Shown here piece after piece: positions 1 through 9,474 of a DNA stretch of 64,000 nucleotides. Origin of the DNA: an uncultured Acidobacteriota bacterium. GTDB taxonomy: Bacteria; Acidobacteriota; UBA6911. The stretch spans positions 224,001-288,000 of the forward strand of contig CAWEJX010000007.1 in assembly GCA_963809485.1 (NCBI GenBank), written 5' to 3'. Each line of letters opens with the position of its first letter. The stretch's first letter is position 1. The position numbers were made by a program, and so were the translations under genes. The notes beneath the pieces are model-generated. The model was given only the letters and a program-made list of their open reading frames with translations. It was not told where the DNA came from and did not search any database.

Positions 1-262
1 GAATTATGTCTATGAACCCGGCCAGGAAAGACCGGCGGCTGGTGAAGGCGCAGTCATCGGTATTGCGCAGCGTCGCGCCGACAAGGCCAAAATTGGAATC
101 CTTGAAGAACCGGGCTATTGCGGATGCGGCATCTTCTTCCCAGCAGAGGTCCAGTAGTTGAACCGCGTGGCCTGAAGCGTGCAGGGATTCGGCCAGGTAA
201 TCCAGGGCGATCGGCGCGACCGGCGGCTGCACGCGGTTCGTATTAACCAATGCAATTTGCAC
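1..262 (-). CDS. Cobalamin-dependent radical SAM protein, TsrM-like N-terminal B12-binding domain (partial, runs off window start)
   Basis: Manual translation from GTG at 262: MQIALVNTNRVQPPVAPIALDYLAESLHASGHAVQLLDLCWE...LVGATLRNTDDCAF. This resembles the B12-binding N-terminus of TsrM-type methylases. Not in the ORF track. Confidence 0.75.
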   Translation of the reverse strand, partial: MQIALVNTNRVQPPVAPIALDYLAESLHASGHAVQLLDLCWEEDAASAIARFFKDSNFGLVGATLRNTDDCAFTSRRSFLAGFIDII

Positions 263-304
263 TAAAAAATAGCCTCGAAGACCTGAAATGCCAAGCGATC
301 CCGG

Positions 305-1291
305 CTACCCCTGAGCGAGGATTTCCTTGAGCCTGCCCGCATAATCGCGGCTTTCGGCGTCCGGCGTAACAATCTCGATCTGGCCGGGAGTCCTGATCCC
401 CAGCCCCAATTCAACCGCGCGCGCCATCTGTTCCTGTTCGAAGATCTTTTTGGACATGATGGCTTCGTTGGAACCGTGATGCTTGAGGACTGCCAGCCCG
501 ACGGCATCTACGGCGATGCGGTCCGTCCCGGCAACGATAACGCCTGCCCGGACCAGCTTGCCCGTCATCGGCCCGCCGTCGACGAATATGTCCACGCCGT
601 CCATGAGGATCAGGTGCGGAGTGAACGCGTGATTCACTTCCGCGATCTTCGGCCTTATTGTGGCCATGTCCGCGTGCAGATCTGAAAATCTCGAGCTTTT
701 TTTTGTCACGCCCACCGCGAGCTTGAGGGAAATGCTGTGGACGCCGCCGAACTGGTGGGTTTTGAGGCAGCACGTCCAGAGAAGGTATTCGGCATCCACG
801 ACAGGTTTGGCCACGTCAAAACCGTTCTTCCAATGGCATCCGGGCGGATTGAAGTGAATCCAGGCATCGGCAGGAAGATCGTCAAAATTGACGACCGCAA
901 ATCCAAGCTCCTGAGCCAGCGCAGGAATTCCCTTCTGCTCCATGACGGCTTTGGTATTGCCGGGACCGCAGCTGTCCCCGACCGTAAGGCCTGCTGCGCC
1001 GCGGACCTTCATCTCATGGACGAGCTGCCGCAGCGTGTCGTTGTGCGTGGAGCCCGGAGCGGGATCGGCCGTGTTGAAATTAGGCTTGATGAGGACTTTT
1101 TTCCCTTTCGGCGATGGGAAAGAGGCCAGCTTCAGCACTTCCGCTATTCCTTTGGCCCGGTCTTCGGTTTTTATCAAAACTACCTTTGCCGTGCCTTCGG
1201 CCGCCATGGAAGCTCGTGGGAATACGCGTCCCAGCACGGAGATTGCCGCAGCACCGGCGGCAGATTGTTTCAGGAATTCGCGACGTTTCAT
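305..1291 (-). CDS. DUF362 family protein with Tat signal peptide
   Basis: MKRREFLK twin-arginine leader; VLIKPN, LKTH and D.IAVD motifs typical of DUF362. Confidence 0.85.
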   Translation of the reverse strand: MKRREFLKQSAAGAAAISVLGRVFPRASMAAEGTAKVVLIKTEDRAKGIAEVLKLASFPSPKGKKVLIKPNFNTADPAPGSTHNDTLRQLVHEMKVRGAAGLTVGDSCGPGNTKAVMEQKGIPALAQELGFAVVNFDDLPADAWIHFNPPGCHWKNGFDVAKPVVDAEYLLWTCCLKTHQFGGVHSISLKLAVGVTKKSSRFSDLHADMATIRPKIAEVNHAFTPHLILMDGVDIFVDGGPMTGKLVRAGVIVAGTDRIAVDAVGLAVLKHHGSNEAIMSKKIFEQEQMARAVELGLGIRTPGQIEIVTPDAESRDYAGRLKEILAQG

Positions 1292-1460
1292 GAAAAATTC
1301 TCCTTTGTCGGAATTCTAGCACGACCTCATTACGAAGACCCGGTTCATTGTTGCCCTAAATGCCTGATTGACCCGGGCCCACAGGCGTCCTATGATTTGA
1401 GTTCAAATACATCTATTGTTTCAATCAGGCGTTTAAACATAATTTGATGGATCGAGGCAG

Positions 1461-2324
1461 ATGCCTTTCACCACTCTGATAGCGGCCTCCGATTTGTTTC
1501 CCCATTTGAACAGCAGCGACTGGGCGATCATAGATTGCCGGTTTTCCCTGGACAATACGGCGCGGGGCGAGCGCGACTACCTGGAAGCCCATATACCCGG
1601 CGCAGTCTACGCTCATCTGGACCGCGACCTCTCGGGAAGGAAGATACCGGGAAAGACAGGCCGGCACCCGCTTCCCGAAATCCCGAGCTTCGTCGAAATT
1701 CTCTCGGCATGGGGCATCGATCCGGCTACGCAGGTTGTGGCTTACGACGACTCCGGCGGATCCACGGCTGCGCGCCTCTGGTGGATGCTGAAATGGCTGG
1801 GACACGAAGCGGCAGCTGTGCTCGACGGAGGCTGGGCATCCTGGCAAAAAATGGGGCTTCCTGCCCGCATTGGCTCCGAAAGCCGCGCCGTGAAACGCTT
1901 TGTGCCTCAGGAAAACCAGGGCAGTTACGTTACTGCAGGCCAGGTGCTCGAAATGCTCGGTAAGCCGCAGTGCCTGTTATTGGACGCGCGCAGCGCGCCA
2001 AGATACCGGGGCGAGGTTGAGCCAATTGATCCGGTGGCGGGGCATATTCCCGGAGCTGTTTCCGCGCCCTATGAACAGAATCTGACTCCCGAAGGCAGGT
2101 TTCTCGAGCCCGAAGTCCTGCGCAGGCGGTTCGAGCCGCTCGTGAAATCTGTTCCTGTGGAAAACGTGATCTGCTATTGTGGATCAGGGGTCACCGCGGC
2201 GCATAATCTTCTTGCCCTCGCCCATGCGGGCCTCGGAATGGGCAGGCTGTACGCGGGCTCCTGGAGCGAATGGATCGCCGGTCCCGAACGGCCCATCGCC
2301 AGAGGGGGCGAGAACGGGGATTAG
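1461..2324 (+). CDS. sseA: Two-domain rhodanese / 3-mercaptopyruvate sulfurtransferase (SseA-like)
   Basis: HIPGA motif twice, GRHPLP, active-site YCGSGVTA, C-terminal YAGSWSEW. Confidence 0.9.
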   Translation: MPFTTLIAASDLFPHLNSSDWAIIDCRFSLDNTARGERDYLEAHIPGAVYAHLDRDLSGRKIPGKTGRHPLPEIPSFVEILSAWGIDPATQVVAYDDSGGSTAARLWWMLKWLGHEAAAVLDGGWASWQKMGLPARIGSESRAVKRFVPQENQGSYVTAGQVLEMLGKPQCLLLDARSAPRYRGEVEPIDPVAGHIPGAVSAPYEQNLTPEGRFLEPEVLRRRFEPLVKSVPVENVICYCGSGVTAAHNLLALAHAGLGMGRLYAGSWSEWIAGPERPIARGGENGD

Positions 2325-2327
2325 GAT

Positions 2328-2696
2328 ATGGCATTTCCCAGGCATCACCATTTCAGGAAAAATCATCAGGACCGGTTCGGTCAAAGCCATTATCCGCATC
2401 ATCCGCAGCACCCGCAGCGTACTGCCCATCATCCGCATGCTCCGCATCGCCAGCCGCGGCAACCGCATCAAGGCCCCGAAGATCTCGTCCATCCCGAGCA
2501 TACGGGATCGGAATCGGCCTTTCTCAAGTCCCTGGTTGATTCGCATGCCAAGGTTACGGTCATGCTGAAGAACGGCGAGCGCCTGCAAGGCCATATCCGC
2601 TATTACGACCAGAATTGCTTCAGCCTCGGGCTCTCGGCTCATGGCCCCAGGCTTTTCCTGCGCAAGGACAGTGTCAGCTACATCGCAGAAGAATAG
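2328..2696 (+). CDS. Hfq/Sm-like RNA chaperone paralogue with His/Pro/Gln-rich N-terminal extension
   Basis: The C-terminal ~65 aa (FLKSLVDSHAKVTVMLKNGERLQGHIRYYDQNCFSL...LFLRKDSVSYI) fit Sm1/Sm2. AGGA RBS upstream. Low-complexity N-terminus. Confidence 0.75.
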   Translation: MAFPRHHHFRKNHQDRFGQSHYPHHPQHPQRTAHHPHAPHRQPRQPHQGPEDLVHPEHTGSESAFLKSLVDSHAKVTVMLKNGERLQGHIRYYDQNCFSLGLSAHGPRLFLRKDSVSYIAEE

Positions 2697-2831
2697 CCGC
2701 CCGGGAAATCCCGTAAGGTGATATTTACCTCTCCCATATTTCAGTGAGGATGGGGCTACAGATACGGCCGAAAGGCGAAATACCGGTTGGCGTTTTCCGG
2801 ACGGGTCTGGAGAGATCCGTCCATAAATTTT

Positions 2832-2870
2832 AACGCTGACACACGCCGATAAACGCTGATGCACGCTGAA
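2832..2870. repeat. 10-bp-period ACGCTGA/ACGCCGA tandem motif (dispersed family)
   Basis: acgctgacac acgccgataa acgctgatgc acgctgaaaa. The same motif recurs near 10649, 12776, 15266, 21045, 22840 and 27433-28241. Confidence 0.7.
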
Positions 2871-3125
2871 AAAATCTAAATTAATGCCATTTACTCAGCA
2901 GTTAATGTTATTTGGGTGGGGACGGCTGTCGAGAGACTTTCTCAAAACTGCCGGCGAGGTTCTCAGGACAGTCGTTTCGAGAGCGGCTCTGGAGACCCGT
3001 CCTCACTGATAGGGCGGGTGTGTAAAAGCTCTGTAAAAGAGCCTTTTCCCACGTTGAATCCGGCTTCGGCGAGTCATAAAATTCCTGCGCCAGATTTCGT
3101 CTGAAACAGGACTTGGGGAAAGATC

Positions 3126-5097
3126 GTGACACAGAACTCTACAGCACCGGGACACAAACGGAAACAGATCGTCGTCGTCCTCATCAAGCCGTCCAAATAC
3201 GATGATGAAGGATACGTAATACGGCATTTTCGCGGCGTTCTTCCAAGCAACACGCTCGCCTGCCTTTCCAGCCTGACCCAGGATGTCGCCAGACGGGAAC
3301 TGCTGGGCAGGGATGTGGATATACGGGTGGAGATCTACGACGACACCGTCCAGCCGATACCGATAAAGCGCATCATCCGGTCCAACCTGCTTCCCTTCCG
3401 CCGCACAATCGTGGCCCTGGCCGGGGTTCAATCCAACCAGTTCCCGCGGGCGGCGGATCTTGCCCGGAAATTCCGGGAGGGGGGATTGCAGGTACTCATC
3501 GGCGGATTTCACGTCAGCGGCATGCTTGCCTTGTCCCCGGGCATCTCACCGGAAATACAGGAACTGATCGACCTCGGGGTTACGGTGGTCAAAGGCGAGG
3601 TCGAGGAGACCTGGGGAGACCTGCTGCGGGACGCTGCCGAAGAAAATCTGCGGCCCATATACGATTTCCTGGATCAAAAACCGATCCTTTATGAACAGCC
3701 CATTCCCATGATTCAGCGGGAATACCTTAAAAGGTTCGTCATCTCGAATTTCGGCACCATCGACTGCAGCCGAGGCTGCCCGTTTAACTGCAGCTTCTGC
3801 ACAATTATCAATGTGCAGGGCCGGGAAATGCGTGTCCGATCCCCGGAGCTGCTGGCCCGGACGCTGCGCGATAATTATCGTCTCAATAAGATCTTTTTCT
3901 ATTTCTTCACCGACGACAATTTTGCGCGCAACAGCTCCTGGCGCGAGATTTTCCAAATGCTGATAGGCCTGCGGGAGAAAGAAAAGATTCCGATCCAGTT
4001 CATGATCCAGGTGGACACCCAGTCGCACAAAATTCCCGATTTCGTCAGCCTCGCCTCCCGCGCCGGCTGTTCGCAGGTATTTATCGGGATGGAAAGCATC
4101 AACCCGGAGAACCTCAAGGCAGCCGGGAAAATGCAGAACAAGGTTCAGGATTACAGGGAGCTGATATCCGCCTGGCACAACGCGAAAATAGCCACCCATG
4201 TCGCCTATATTTTCGGCTTCCCCTTCGATACGCCCGAGTCCATACGGGAAGATGTCCAGCGGCTTCAGAATGAGCTGGGAGTCGAGCAGGCTTCCTTCTT
4301 CATGCTGACGCCGCTACCCGGATCGCGGGATCATGCGCGCATGTTTCAGGACGGCGAGCCCATGAGCCCGGATCTGAATGAATACGATTCTTTCCACGAA
4401 ACGATCCGCCACCCGAATTTCGCGCCCGGAGAGCTGGAGGCGTCGTACCGCGAGGCCTGGAAGAATTTTTATTCCTTCGACTACATGCGCGATGTGCTTG
4501 CCCGCGCCAATCCCGAAAATTACTGGAGTATTTTCTGCGATTTCATCTGGTATAAAAATTCCGCGCTGATCGAGGGCGGGCATCCGATGATCCACGGCTT
4601 CTTCCGTCTCAAAGACCGGACCGACCGGAGACCCGGATTCGCGGTGGAATCCCGTTTCCGGCACTTTTTCAAGGCGCTTCCGCGAATTGCGGAGCCTTGC
4701 CCGCAGCTGGGCATCCCTGGTTCTGGAGATGGAGGAGCTTTGGCTGCAGACGCGCAAGCGCAGCGAAGCGGAGATCCGGCTGCTGGCCGAGATCCAGCGC
4801 CTGCGGCAGGAAGTCAACCGCAACCTGCGTTCGGCCGAGCTGCAGCTGGCTCATGCCAGGGCGCGCATCCACTTCCCCGAATTGCGGGTCCCTTCGAGGC
4901 TAGCGCTGGCATTCCGCAACCTGAACTTCCGCATGGCAAAGCGGGTCACATACTCCCGCGCCGATCTGCAGCAGTTCTGGAAAAGGGCGCGAACGAAAAC
5001 ACTCCTCGCCCGCCCGGACAAAGTTATCCTTAATTTCCTGAAGGACGTTCAGCTATTTCTGCTTTTTGTGCGCGACCTTGCGCGAACGGAGACATAG
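3126..5097 (+). pseudogene. B12-binding radical SAM protein with an apparent +1 frameshift at T5 run 4665-4669
   Basis: CPFNCSFC radical SAM motif and FFTDDNF. Removing one T gives ...RHFSRRFRELRSLARSW... and joins the 4687-5097 ORF; the current frame turns into non-protein-like sequence after RHFF. May be a sequencing error. Confidence 0.75.
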
Positions 5098-5175
5098 GCC
5101 CGATTCGGGATTCGAGAGGCCGGTTCCGGATTTCAAACGAATCCGAATTCGTATCTCGAATCCCGAGTTCCGAGC

Positions 5176-6093
5176 CTACTTTGCCCGCTCAGCCGAGAGG
5201 GATTTGTCCTTGGGGACGCTGAGGTATCCGCCTGCCTTATCCTTTTCAACCCAGTTGATCACGACTTCGTAGCGCACGCGATTCTGGCCCACAAGGAACT
5301 GCAGGGGTTCGTTGATGACCCGATCCTTCTTTTCGAGCTGGCTGTCATCGACCAGGACTTTCAGGTTGAATTTGCCCTTCTTGCGGTCCGTCTTGGTCAG
5401 AATGAGGCGTATGTCCTCAACCCGGATCACTTCGTTCTTCTTCGGAAGCGTGAACTCGGTGTAATTGCGTTCCCCTTTAAGACGAAGCTGGGCCAGTTCG
5501 GAGGCATTCTTTGCAACCGCGGCGGTGAGGCTGTCGCGTACATCCACCAGTTGCCTCTGGGTCCCTTCAAGGTCGCGCCGTGTGGCGTCCAGATCCGTTT
5601 TAACGGCAACAACCTGTGTTTTTACGCCGCCTACTTCAGTGTTCACCTGGCCGATCTTGCTGTCGGCTTCGCTCCTGGCAGCCTGGACCTGGGCATCCAC
5701 CTGCGAGGCATCGGCTTTTGTGGCCAAAGCCTGGGACAACTCTCGCTTGGTTTTCTGCCCCTCGGCCTGGATTTGTGCGGCCGTCTTCTTAAATTCGGCC
5801 TTGGTGGTGCCGACAGCTTCCTGGGCGCCTTCGAGATCCGTTTTCAAACTCGTTAACTGACCTGACAGGTTGGCTTCAGACAGCTTGTTGGCGTTTTCGA
5901 GCGTCTGCAATTGCTCGCTTATTTTCGCAAGCTGCGCCTGATTGGCCTTCCGGTACTGGGACCCGTCCCAGTAGAGATAAACGACGGCCAGAAGCAAAAG
6001 CAGAATAAGGACAAGCTTGACAGGTTCCGGTATCAGTCCTTTTTCCGATAAGGACTGTTTCGGAACGTTGGACGATGGATTCAGTGTACTCAT
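5176..6093 (-). CDS. Membrane-anchored coiled-coil hypothetical protein (acidobacterial type)
   Basis: ATG at 6093 with AGGAGG upstream; one TM segment, long heptad-rich stretch, C-terminal beta domain (GERNY.EF.L, INEPLQF). Confidence 0.75.
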   Translation of the reverse strand: MSTLNPSSNVPKQSLSEKGLIPEPVKLVLILLLLLAVVYLYWDGSQYRKANQAQLAKISEQLQTLENANKLSEANLSGQLTSLKTDLEGAQEAVGTTKAEFKKTAAQIQAEGQKTKRELSQALATKADASQVDAQVQAARSEADSKIGQVNTEVGGVKTQVVAVKTDLDATRRDLEGTQRQLVDVRDSLTAAVAKNASELAQLRLKGERNYTEFTLPKKNEVIRVEDIRLILTKTDRKKGKFNLKVLVDDSQLEKKDRVINEPLQFLVGQNRVRYEVVINWVEKDKAGGYLSVPKDKSLSAERAK

Positions 6094-6236
6094 TAAAACC
6101 TCCTGATTGGCGGGGGCTCTCAATGCACTTCTCCGCGCTGCATATAATAGGCCAAGGGACAGCAAAGATCAATGGAATGGCTTGCCCAAAGGGTAGCCGG
6201 AGAAAAGGACTTCTCCATCCTCACGCCGCCATATCT

Positions 6237-6536
6237 GGTTTCTGTTGCGAAACTCGGGTTTTGCGAAAAAGCCAATTTTTTCAACAGTCAATAGGATATT
6301 TGATTTTACATAGAAGCCGATAATTGGAGTCAGGCCGCGTAGCGGCCAGCTGAATTTAGCCAGGCCTTTTAAGGCCTGGATCGAAAGGAGTTATGTTTTC
6401 CGTCGCGTAGCGCCGGCTGAATCTCAGGCGGCGCTACGCGACGCGCTGCTCGCTATACCATGGTTCCCGGCCTTGAAAGGCCGGGCTAAAATCATAGTGC
6501 CGCTACGCGGCACAAACCAGTTTCGCGACAGAAACT
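6237..6536. mobile_element. 300-bp MITE (family A, copy 1) with TIRs, 4-bp TSD and internal GTAG-type REP palindromes
   Basis: Ends ggtttctgttgcgaaact and agtttcgcgacagaaact; flanking ATCT duplicated at 6233-6236 and 6537-6540; homologous copy at 58340-58639. Confidence 0.85.
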
Positions 6537-6634
6537 ATCTTGGATCGGCACAAGCTTTGGGGAATTCCGGAAGCTCGGGTTTGGTGGCAGGGAAAAAGGC
6601 CGGGGTTCGAAGCCCCCGGATTTCAGACCGGGCT

Positions 6635-7975
6635 CTATAGCTTCTCTTCCTGAAGCGCTACCCGGCCGTTCCGGGCTGCGGCTCTTCGTTTGGTGAAAAA
6701 GTAACCGATCAGCGCCGCGAGGATACTGGCGCCGACCCAAAGATTCAAAGTCGGCGACTTCTTGAAACCGAAATAGAGCATCACCCCGGACAGCAGCAGG
6801 TAGAACAGGGCGGCAACCAGAGCAGCGGCCGCCGGTCTCCCGTATTCTTTCCGCCTGAAGCAGATCCAGAAAAGTGAGAATACGGTCAGGGCGGAAAAAA
6901 GCGTAAGGATGGCGCCGACATTGTTGAGGACTTCCTGCAGCTGGTAGGCAAAGACAAGGAAAAGCGCGATAGCGCCCTGGAGTATTACGGCCCCCACGGG
7001 CGGCTTCCCTTCCTTCGCTTGCAGAATGCGCGGCAAAAAACCGTCCCTGGCCATGGCGGCATAGACGCGAGGCCCGAGGAACGTCATTGCGCTCACGGCG
7101 GAAATGAACGCGACAATAGCCAAGACCGACATGCACGCAGCGCCGAAGTCCCCGACCAGATTCTTCATGATCAGGTGCCCCAGGGTTATGCGCGCCGTCT
7201 CGTAGGTGAACACCACCTTGCACTGCTCCGGCGTGAGATTGGCTACAAAAACCCAGTTCACGAAAAGGTAAAGGACGCCGACAATTCCGCACCCCAGCAA
7301 CATGGCCCTGGGCACATCGCGTTTCGGGTCCCTGAATTCGGACGCCGCATAGATGGCGGCGTTCCACCCGCTAAAGGCGAAAGCGATGTAGAAGAGGTTC
7401 TGCATAAAAGGACCCAGGGGGAAGCTTTCAAACCGCGCGGGCGGCTGCCATTCCGGCCAGGTATTGCGCCCGCCGGCCAGGCCGACCGCTATGAAGCCGA
7501 CGACCAGCAGAATCTTAACCATCACAAGCACGTTCTGGGTATTCACGGAAAACCTGAGCCTGACCGCGTGCACCGAGGTAAGAAGCACGATCAGCAGTGC
7601 TGCGAACAGCTTCGGATCGATGCCGGCCGACAGAGTTTTGGCGAAGGCGCCCGCGGCAACGGCGTCGATGGCGATGGGGGCCGAGAATCCCAGAAGCAGG
7701 GACGCCCATCCGGCAAGATAGCCCAGCGCCGGATGCACCAGAGTCGAGAGATACTGATACTCTCCCCCTGATTTTGGAACAATCCGCGCAAGGCCCGCGT
7801 AGGCCCGCGCGCCCGCCAAAGCCAGAAAGGCCCCAATAGCCCAGGCAAGAAGAATCTGCCTGGGTGTCAGTTCCTGAGCCATGAACCCCGTGCTCAGGAA
7901 AACACCGGCGCCAATCATGTTGGCGATTACCATCCCCATCCCTGAGAACAATCCTAATCGATGATCTTTAGCCAA
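6635..7975 (-). CDS. APC family amino acid permease
   Basis: NMIGAGVF, SGGEYQY and FAFSGWNA motifs; multiple TM helices; probable TTG start at 7975 (the ORF-track extension overlaps the divergent gene). Confidence 0.88.
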   Translation of the reverse strand: MAKDHRLGLFSGMGMVIANMIGAGVFLSTGFMAQELTPRQILLAWAIGAFLALAGARAYAGLARIVPKSGGEYQYLSTLVHPALGYLAGWASLLLGFSAPIAIDAVAAGAFAKTLSAGIDPKLFAALLIVLLTSVHAVRLRFSVNTQNVLVMVKILLVVGFIAVGLAGGRNTWPEWQPPARFESFPLGPFMQNLFYIAFAFSGWNAAIYAASEFRDPKRDVPRAMLLGCGIVGVLYLFVNWVFVANLTPEQCKVVFTYETARITLGHLIMKNLVGDFGAACMSVLAIVAFISAVSAMTFLGPRVYAAMARDGFLPRILQAKEGKPPVGAVILQGAIALFLVFAYQLQEVLNNVGAILTLFSALTVFSLFWICFRRKEYGRPAAAALVAALFYLLLSGVMLYFGFKKSPTLNLWVGASILAALIGYFFTKRRAAARNGRVALQEEKL

Positions 7976-8170
7976 TGCGAACCTCTTCCCGTTCAGCTCA
8001 TCCGCGTGCCAGTCGTCCAATGGACGGGTATAAGGGTAACTGCAAACGGGTGGCGATGGAACGAAAAAAAGGACAATCATTTTGCCCGCCTTCTTCCCTG
8101 ACCGTCCGGAAATCCGCCCACTCGCCCAAAAACCTTGATCGCGCGGCCTATTCGAGGTTACCTTGAGAGC

Positions 8171-8911
8171 ATGATGAGAATACTGGGCATTACGGCGCAT
8201 CCGGATGACGAAGTCGGCGCTTTCGGGGGAACCCTGATGCTTTATCACTCGCGCGGGGTTGAAACTTATGTGATCTGTCTTACGCCGGGACAGGCTGCAA
8301 CCAACAGGGGACAGGCGCAATCGGATTCGGAACTTGCCTCGTTGCGCCGAGCGGAGTTTGCGGCTTCGTGCAGGATTCTGCAGGTTACGGAAGGCCGGGT
8401 CCTGGACTACCCCGACGGCGGGCTCAGCCGTGTGGATTTCTTCACTGCCGTCGCAGACCTGACCCGCTGCGTGCGCGAGATAAAGCCGAATATTATTTTG
8501 ACCATGGGACCGGAGGGTGCCATCACCGGACATCCCGATCATTCTATGGCATCTCTATTCGCCACCATGGCGTATCATTGGGCGGCGCGAACCGACCGCT
8601 ATCCCGAACAGCTTCGTAACGGGCTGGAGACGCATTGCTCCAGAAAGCTCTATTACTCCACGGCATCGTTCACCCTGAAGGACCGCCAGCCCGTATGCCC
8701 TCCCCCACGCACGGCAACCATCGATATCGCTCCCTTTCTGGAAAGAAAGATAGGGGCATTCCGAGCGCATGAGACACAGGGGCCGCTGATGCCCCGCATC
8801 GAGAAGACCATGCGCAAGTATGGCAGCCCGGAGTTGTTTCATCTGGCAGCTGCCAGCCAGCCGTCGGATACCGTAATCGAAACCGATCTGCTGGCAGGCA
8901 TATCGGAATAA
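8171..8911 (+). CDS. PIG-L/LmbE family deacetylase
   Basis: AHPDDE and GHPDH metal-binding motifs; C-terminal AHETQ. Confidence 0.9.
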   Translation: MMRILGITAHPDDEVGAFGGTLMLYHSRGVETYVICLTPGQAATNRGQAQSDSELASLRRAEFAASCRILQVTEGRVLDYPDGGLSRVDFFTAVADLTRCVREIKPNIILTMGPEGAITGHPDHSMASLFATMAYHWAARTDRYPEQLRNGLETHCSRKLYYSTASFTLKDRQPVCPPPRTATIDIAPFLERKIGAFRAHETQGPLMPRIEKTMRKYGSPELFHLAAASQPSDTVIETDLLAGISE

Positions 8912-9002
8912 ATGGCCGCAAAGGACGCTTTTCACGCGGAGGCTTCGGGCTGCCCCCGGAAATGGGTCCGATTTTGCGGTTGCCGCAAATCCAACATTCT
9001 GA

Positions 9003-9032
9003 TTGACATCGCCTAATCCGGCTCAGTAGTAT
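9003..9032 (+). promoter_or_regulatory. Sigma70-type promoter of csp
   Basis: TTGACA-N18-TAGTAT; inverted repeat ccggctc...gagccgg straddles the -10. Confidence 0.6.
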
Positions 9033-9057
9033 AGAGCCGGGTCCGGGTCCGGTGGCG

Positions 9058-9087
9058 GCCGCCAGAGGTATGGCGGCTTTTTATTTT
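9058..9087 (+). terminator. Intrinsic terminator-like hairpin inside csp 5' leader
   Basis: gccgcca-gaggta-tggcggc followed by tttttatttt. Confidence 0.6.
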
Positions 9088-9153
9088 CAGGCCGCGGATC
9101 CATAGACCGAACTGCCGGGAAAAGCATTAAGGTAGATAGGAGCAGGAATTCCC

Positions 9154-9363
9154 ATGGAAAAAGAGACTGGGAAAGTGAAGTGGTTTAATAATGCCAAGGG
9201 CTACGGATTTATCGAAAGAGCCACAGGCGGAGATGTATTCGTTCATCACACAGCAATTCAAATGAGTGGCTTCCGCACTTTAACCGAGGGAGAAACCGTT
9301 GAATTCACGGTAACGAGGGGCCCCAAAGGCCTGCAGGCGGAAAACGTTACAAAGCCTGAATAA
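9154..9363 (+). CDS. csp: Cold-shock protein
   Basis: GKVKWFNNAKGYGFI (RNP1) and DVFVHH (RNP2). Confidence 0.95.
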   Translation: MEKETGKVKWFNNAKGYGFIERATGGDVFVHHTAIQMSGFRTLTEGETVEFTVTRGPKGLQAENVTKPE

Positions 9364-9370
9364 TGGGTAT

Positions 9371-9400
9371 CCCTTCTGCGCTCGAAAGCGGGAGGGTTTT
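9371..9400 (+). terminator. Intrinsic terminator after csp
   Basis: cccttctgc...gcgggaggg followed by tttt. Confidence 0.6.
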
Positions 9401-9474
9401 GCCTGTTTGCCGCCGGATTGCCAAACGACAGCTGATGCCTTGAAGTTCCACCCAACATTTCCTGCGGGTACTCT

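Noticed and set aside
2697-3125. Cobalamin riboswitch upstream of the B12 radical SAM gene (also checked upstream of nrdJ)
   Set aside because: Hairpins exist, but the GGGAA/GCCACTG/B12-box motifs were not found.
4687-5097. Independent 136-aa gene
   Set aside because: Better explained as the frameshifted C-terminus of the radical SAM gene.
7976-8542. Long N-terminal extensions in the ORF track (permease; also nrdJ, lepA, gspJ, gspH, gspK)
   Set aside because: They overlap neighbouring genes, regulatory sites or the MITE; better RBS-supported starts lie downstream.
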